A DNA stretch of 64,000 nt from Mobula birostris (lineage: Eukaryota). The stretch covers positions 22,111,309 through 22,175,308 of the forward strand of contig NC_092379.1 of the NCBI RefSeq assembly GCF_030028105.1, given 5' to 3'. The position numbers and the translations under genes were made by a program. The notes beneath the pieces were generated by a model. That model was not told the origin of the DNA. It searched no databases and saw only the letters and a program-made list of their open reading frames with translations. Shown here piece by piece: positions 60,752 through 64,000 of this stretch (positions are counted from its first letter, which is position 1; every line of letters begins with the position of its first letter).

Positions 60752-60980
60752 TGAAGCACCTTCAATTATTCCAAAAGACTGAGGTTTGGTAAAATACTGA
60801 AAGGCTTTTATTCGCTGTACAATACGACCTCCACAGTGAGTGTCTGCCCCCGGACTGAGGGGGAGGGGCAAGGCGAACACCTTTATACAGGACTCTGTGG
60901 GAGGAGCTACAGGGGCAGTCAGCAGAGGGGTGTGTCCAGGCAGGTAACCGAGTTACAACATATGTACATGGTTTACCACA
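60752..60980 (-). repeat. 3' LTR (229 bp) of the Gypsy element
   Basis: Minus strand TGTGGTAAACC...GGTGCTTCA with TATAAA and AATAAA; preceded by the polypurine tract AAAAAAGGAGGGGTGAA (plus-strand 60981-60997). Confidence 0.9.
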
Positions 60981-63900
60981 TTCACCCCTCCTTTTTTAAA
61001 AAGAGTCCCGTGGGGTGAAGTGACTTGAAAATATTTACAAGAAGTATATTTACAGGTCAAGTCTGTCAGGCGGTCGAGTCCGTCGCTGTGATCTACGTAG
61101 CACCGGTGGTGATTACACTGGCGACAGCAGTTGTGCTGGCTCCGGCCTGACTTCAGGTGCCAGCACGTTAGGCGTCGGTAATCCCTCGTGCATGTGCGTC
61201 GCGCCCGGTATGGGAGTGTCGTGTGGTGTCTGTATAGGGTTTGGGGTGCACGGTGTCTCGTAGGTACATACATTGGTGGGTACGGGGTCAATAGTCACCA
61301 TAGAGTGTTCAGGGTAGGGGCCTGGAGCTCCTGCGGGCGCCAGGTCGCGGATGGAGACCGTGTCCTCCCGCCCATCAGGTAAAACCACGTAGGCATACTG
61401 GGGGTTCGCATGAAGTAAGTGAACCCTCTCGACTATTGGGGAGTATTTATTGCTCCTCGCACGTTTCCGGAGCAGCACTGGCCCCGGGGACTTCAGCCAA
61501 GATGATAGGGTGGTTCCAGTGGTCGATTTTCTGGGAAAAGAAAAGAGCCGCTCATGAGGGGTGGCATTGGTGGACGTGCATAACAGGGAGCGGATGGAGT
61601 GGAGTGTCTCGGGAAGGACCTCCTGCCAGCGGGAGACCGGCAGTCCCTTTGATCTGAGGGCTAAGAGTGTGGCTTTCCACACTGTGCCATTCTCCTTCTC
61701 TACCTGTCCATTCCCCCGGGATTATAGCTCGTGGTCCTACTAGTTGCCATTCCCCTAGCCAGCAGGTATTGGCACAGCTCGTCACTCATAAACGAGGACC
61801 CCCTGTCACTGTGGATACAGCACGGGTATCCGAACAGAGTGAAGAGCTCTGGGCTTTTACAGCTGACGTGATAGTGGTGTCGGGGCAGGGGATGGTGAAG
61901 GGGAAATGCGAGTGCTCGTTGATAATGTTAAGAAAGTACACATTGCGGTCGGTGGAGGGAAGGGGGCCCTTAAAGTCAACACTCAGTCGCTCAAGGGTCG
62001 GGTGGCCTTGATGAGTGGTGCCTTTTCGGGTCGGTAGAAGTGCGGTTTGCACTCTGCGCAGACTTGGCAGTCCCTGGTCATCATCCTGATCTCCTCAAGG
62101 GAGTAAGGCAGGTTCCGGGCTTTCACGAAGTGGAAAAGCCGGATGACTCCCGGGTGGCAAAGGTCTACATGTAGGGCGTATAGCCGGTTGATCTGCGCGC
62201 TGGCGCATGTTCCCCGGGATAGGGTATCGGAGGGCTCGTTGAGCTTCCCAGGCCTGTACATGATGTCATAGTTGTAGGTGGAGAGTTCGATTCTCCACCT
62301 CAGAATTTTATCATTTTTGATTTTGATCCGCTGCTGATTATTAAACATGAATGCGACTGAGCGCTGGTCAGTTAGCAGGGTGAACCTTTTGCCAGCAAGA
62401 TAGTGCCTCCAGTGCCTTATAGCTTCCACTCTGGCCTGGGCCTCTTTCTCTAGCGCAGAGTGCTGAATTTCAGGGCCTTGAAGGGTACGGGAGAAGAACG
62501 CCACAGGTTTTCCTGCCTGGTTGAGGGTAGCAGCCAGCGCAAAGTCGGAGGTGTCACTCTCTACTTGGAAGGGAATGGCCTCATCCACCACATGCATTGC
62601 TACTTTGGCAATGTCCCCTTTTATGCGGTTGAAGGCCGCGTGGGCCTCGGCTGAGAGGGGGAATGTGGTGGACTTAACCAGGCGGCGGGCCTTCTCTGCG
62701 TAGTTAGAGACCCATTGGGCGTAATATTTAAGAAGCCCAGGCACCTTTTGAGGGCTCTGAGGGTATTGGGAAGAGGGAGTTCCAACGAGGGGCGCATACG
62801 GTCGGGGTCAGGGCCAATGACTCCATTCTCCAGGACACACCCAATAATAGCAAGTCGGGTGGTCCCAAATACACACTTGTCCTTGTTATAGGTGAGATTG
62901 AAAGATTTGGCCGCTTGGAGAAATTTTTGGAGGTTGTTGTCGTGATCCTGCCGGTCGTGACCGCAGATGGTGATGTTATGCAGATATGGGAACGTGGCCT
63001 TCAGTTGGCACTGGTCCACCATCCGGTCCATTCGCCTCTGGAAGACAGATACACCATTCGTGACACCAAAGGGGATGCGCAGGAATTGATAAAGCCTGCC
63101 GTCCACCTCGAAGGCAGTGTAAGGGCGGTCCTCCCGGCGGATGGGGAGCTGATGGTAAGCGGATTTTAGGTCTATGGTCGAGTACACCTTGTACTGTGCT
63201 ATCTGATTGACCATATCCGCGATGCGGGGCAGAGGGTACGCGTCGAGCTGCGTGAACTAATTGATGGTCTGGCTATGGTCCACGACCATCCTATTCTTCT
63301 CCCCGTTCCGAACAACCACCACCTGCACCCTCCAAGGACTTGTGCTTCCCTCAATGACCCCCTCCCTGAGCTGCCGCTGTACCTCTGACTTAATGAAGGC
63401 TCTGTCCCCTGCGCTGTACCTCCTGCTTTTAGTTGCCAAAGGTTTACAGTCGGGGGTCAGGTTGGCGAACAGCGGTGGGGGAGGGATCCTGAGGGTGGAG
63501 AAGCCGCAAGTGGTGTCGGTAGTGTGGCAGTTGGCATGATGTTGGGTGGGATGTGCGGGTCGGTGTGTGTGTGTGTGGTCAGTAGCGGGGTACGTGACAT
63601 ATCTCTACAAAACAGGGGATTTATGACAGTAATTGGCAGGAGGGGCCCATCATACTTCATTGTCACGCTTTTCAGGTGGCTCTGGAAGTCCAACCCCAAC
63701 AGCACAGGGGCACACAGTTGAGGCAAGACCAGTAACGTAAAGTCCCGATATTCTGTGCCCTGCACCACTAGCGTCGCTACACAACCACCCTGGATGTCTG
63801 TTGTATGCGACCTGGAGGCCATGGTGACCCTCCGACTTACCGGCCGTATCATGAGTCCACAATGCTGCACCGTGGCCGGGTGGATAAAACTCTGCGTGCT

Positions 63901-64000
63901 GCCCGTGTCAAACAGGCAGCTTGTCCTGCGCCCCTCCACCAGGATGTCCATCATTGACCTTGCGAGCTGGTGGGGAGCGCTTTGGTCGAGGGTCACGGAA
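60752..64000 (-). mobile_element. Gypsy LTR retrotransposon: protease, RT, RNase H, integrase, PPT, 3' LTR; disabled
   Basis: LFDTGS protease; YSTIDLKSAYHQ and PFGVTNG RT motifs with YLHN in place of YLDN; VAFFSR/EKEA RNase H; HHCC zinc finger, SVDFKGP and SDRG...NGQVEKEN integrase; stop and frameshifts present. Confidence 0.95.

Noticed and set aside
1-64000. Most remaining short ORFs in the six-frame track
   Set aside because: They are antisense or off-frame shadows of CR1, PLE, Rex1, L1 and Gypsy coding sequence.

Overview
This is vertebrate genomic DNA, not prokaryotic. The repeat families (CR1/L3 with a zinc-finger plus SGNH-esterase ORF1, Penelope-like GIY-YIG elements, Rex1/Babar, fish-type L1, Nimb/I-clade, Gypsy) are consistent with a cartilaginous fish, possibly a ray; this is an inference. 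Most of the 64 kb is nested, decayed retroelements, and I can assign no intact host gene. Main points: (1) Nine copies of a minimal type I hammerhead-ribozyme motif (CUGACGA-stem II-GAAACGUC) lie in Penelope-like terminal repeats. Two of them form stand-alone ~100 bp insertions with 12-13 bp target-site duplications, one confirmed by an empty paralogous site. (2) A Penelope 3' end is reiterated three times (58 bp unit). (3) A diverged ~12 kb direct segmental duplication (23.9-35.7 kb vs 40.9-53.5 kb) is present, with an inverted ~2.9 kb copy of 18.6-21.3 kb between the two copies. (4) An unidentified module occurs three times: a multi-CCAAT promoter-like block next to a ~72-codon ORF with synonymous-biased divergence. 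(5) There is a possible decayed Ig V-like exon at 14.3-14.5 kb. (6) A recent but disabled Gypsy element with 3' LTR and PPT runs off the right edge. All alignments were made by eye; coordinates of decayed fragments are approximate.
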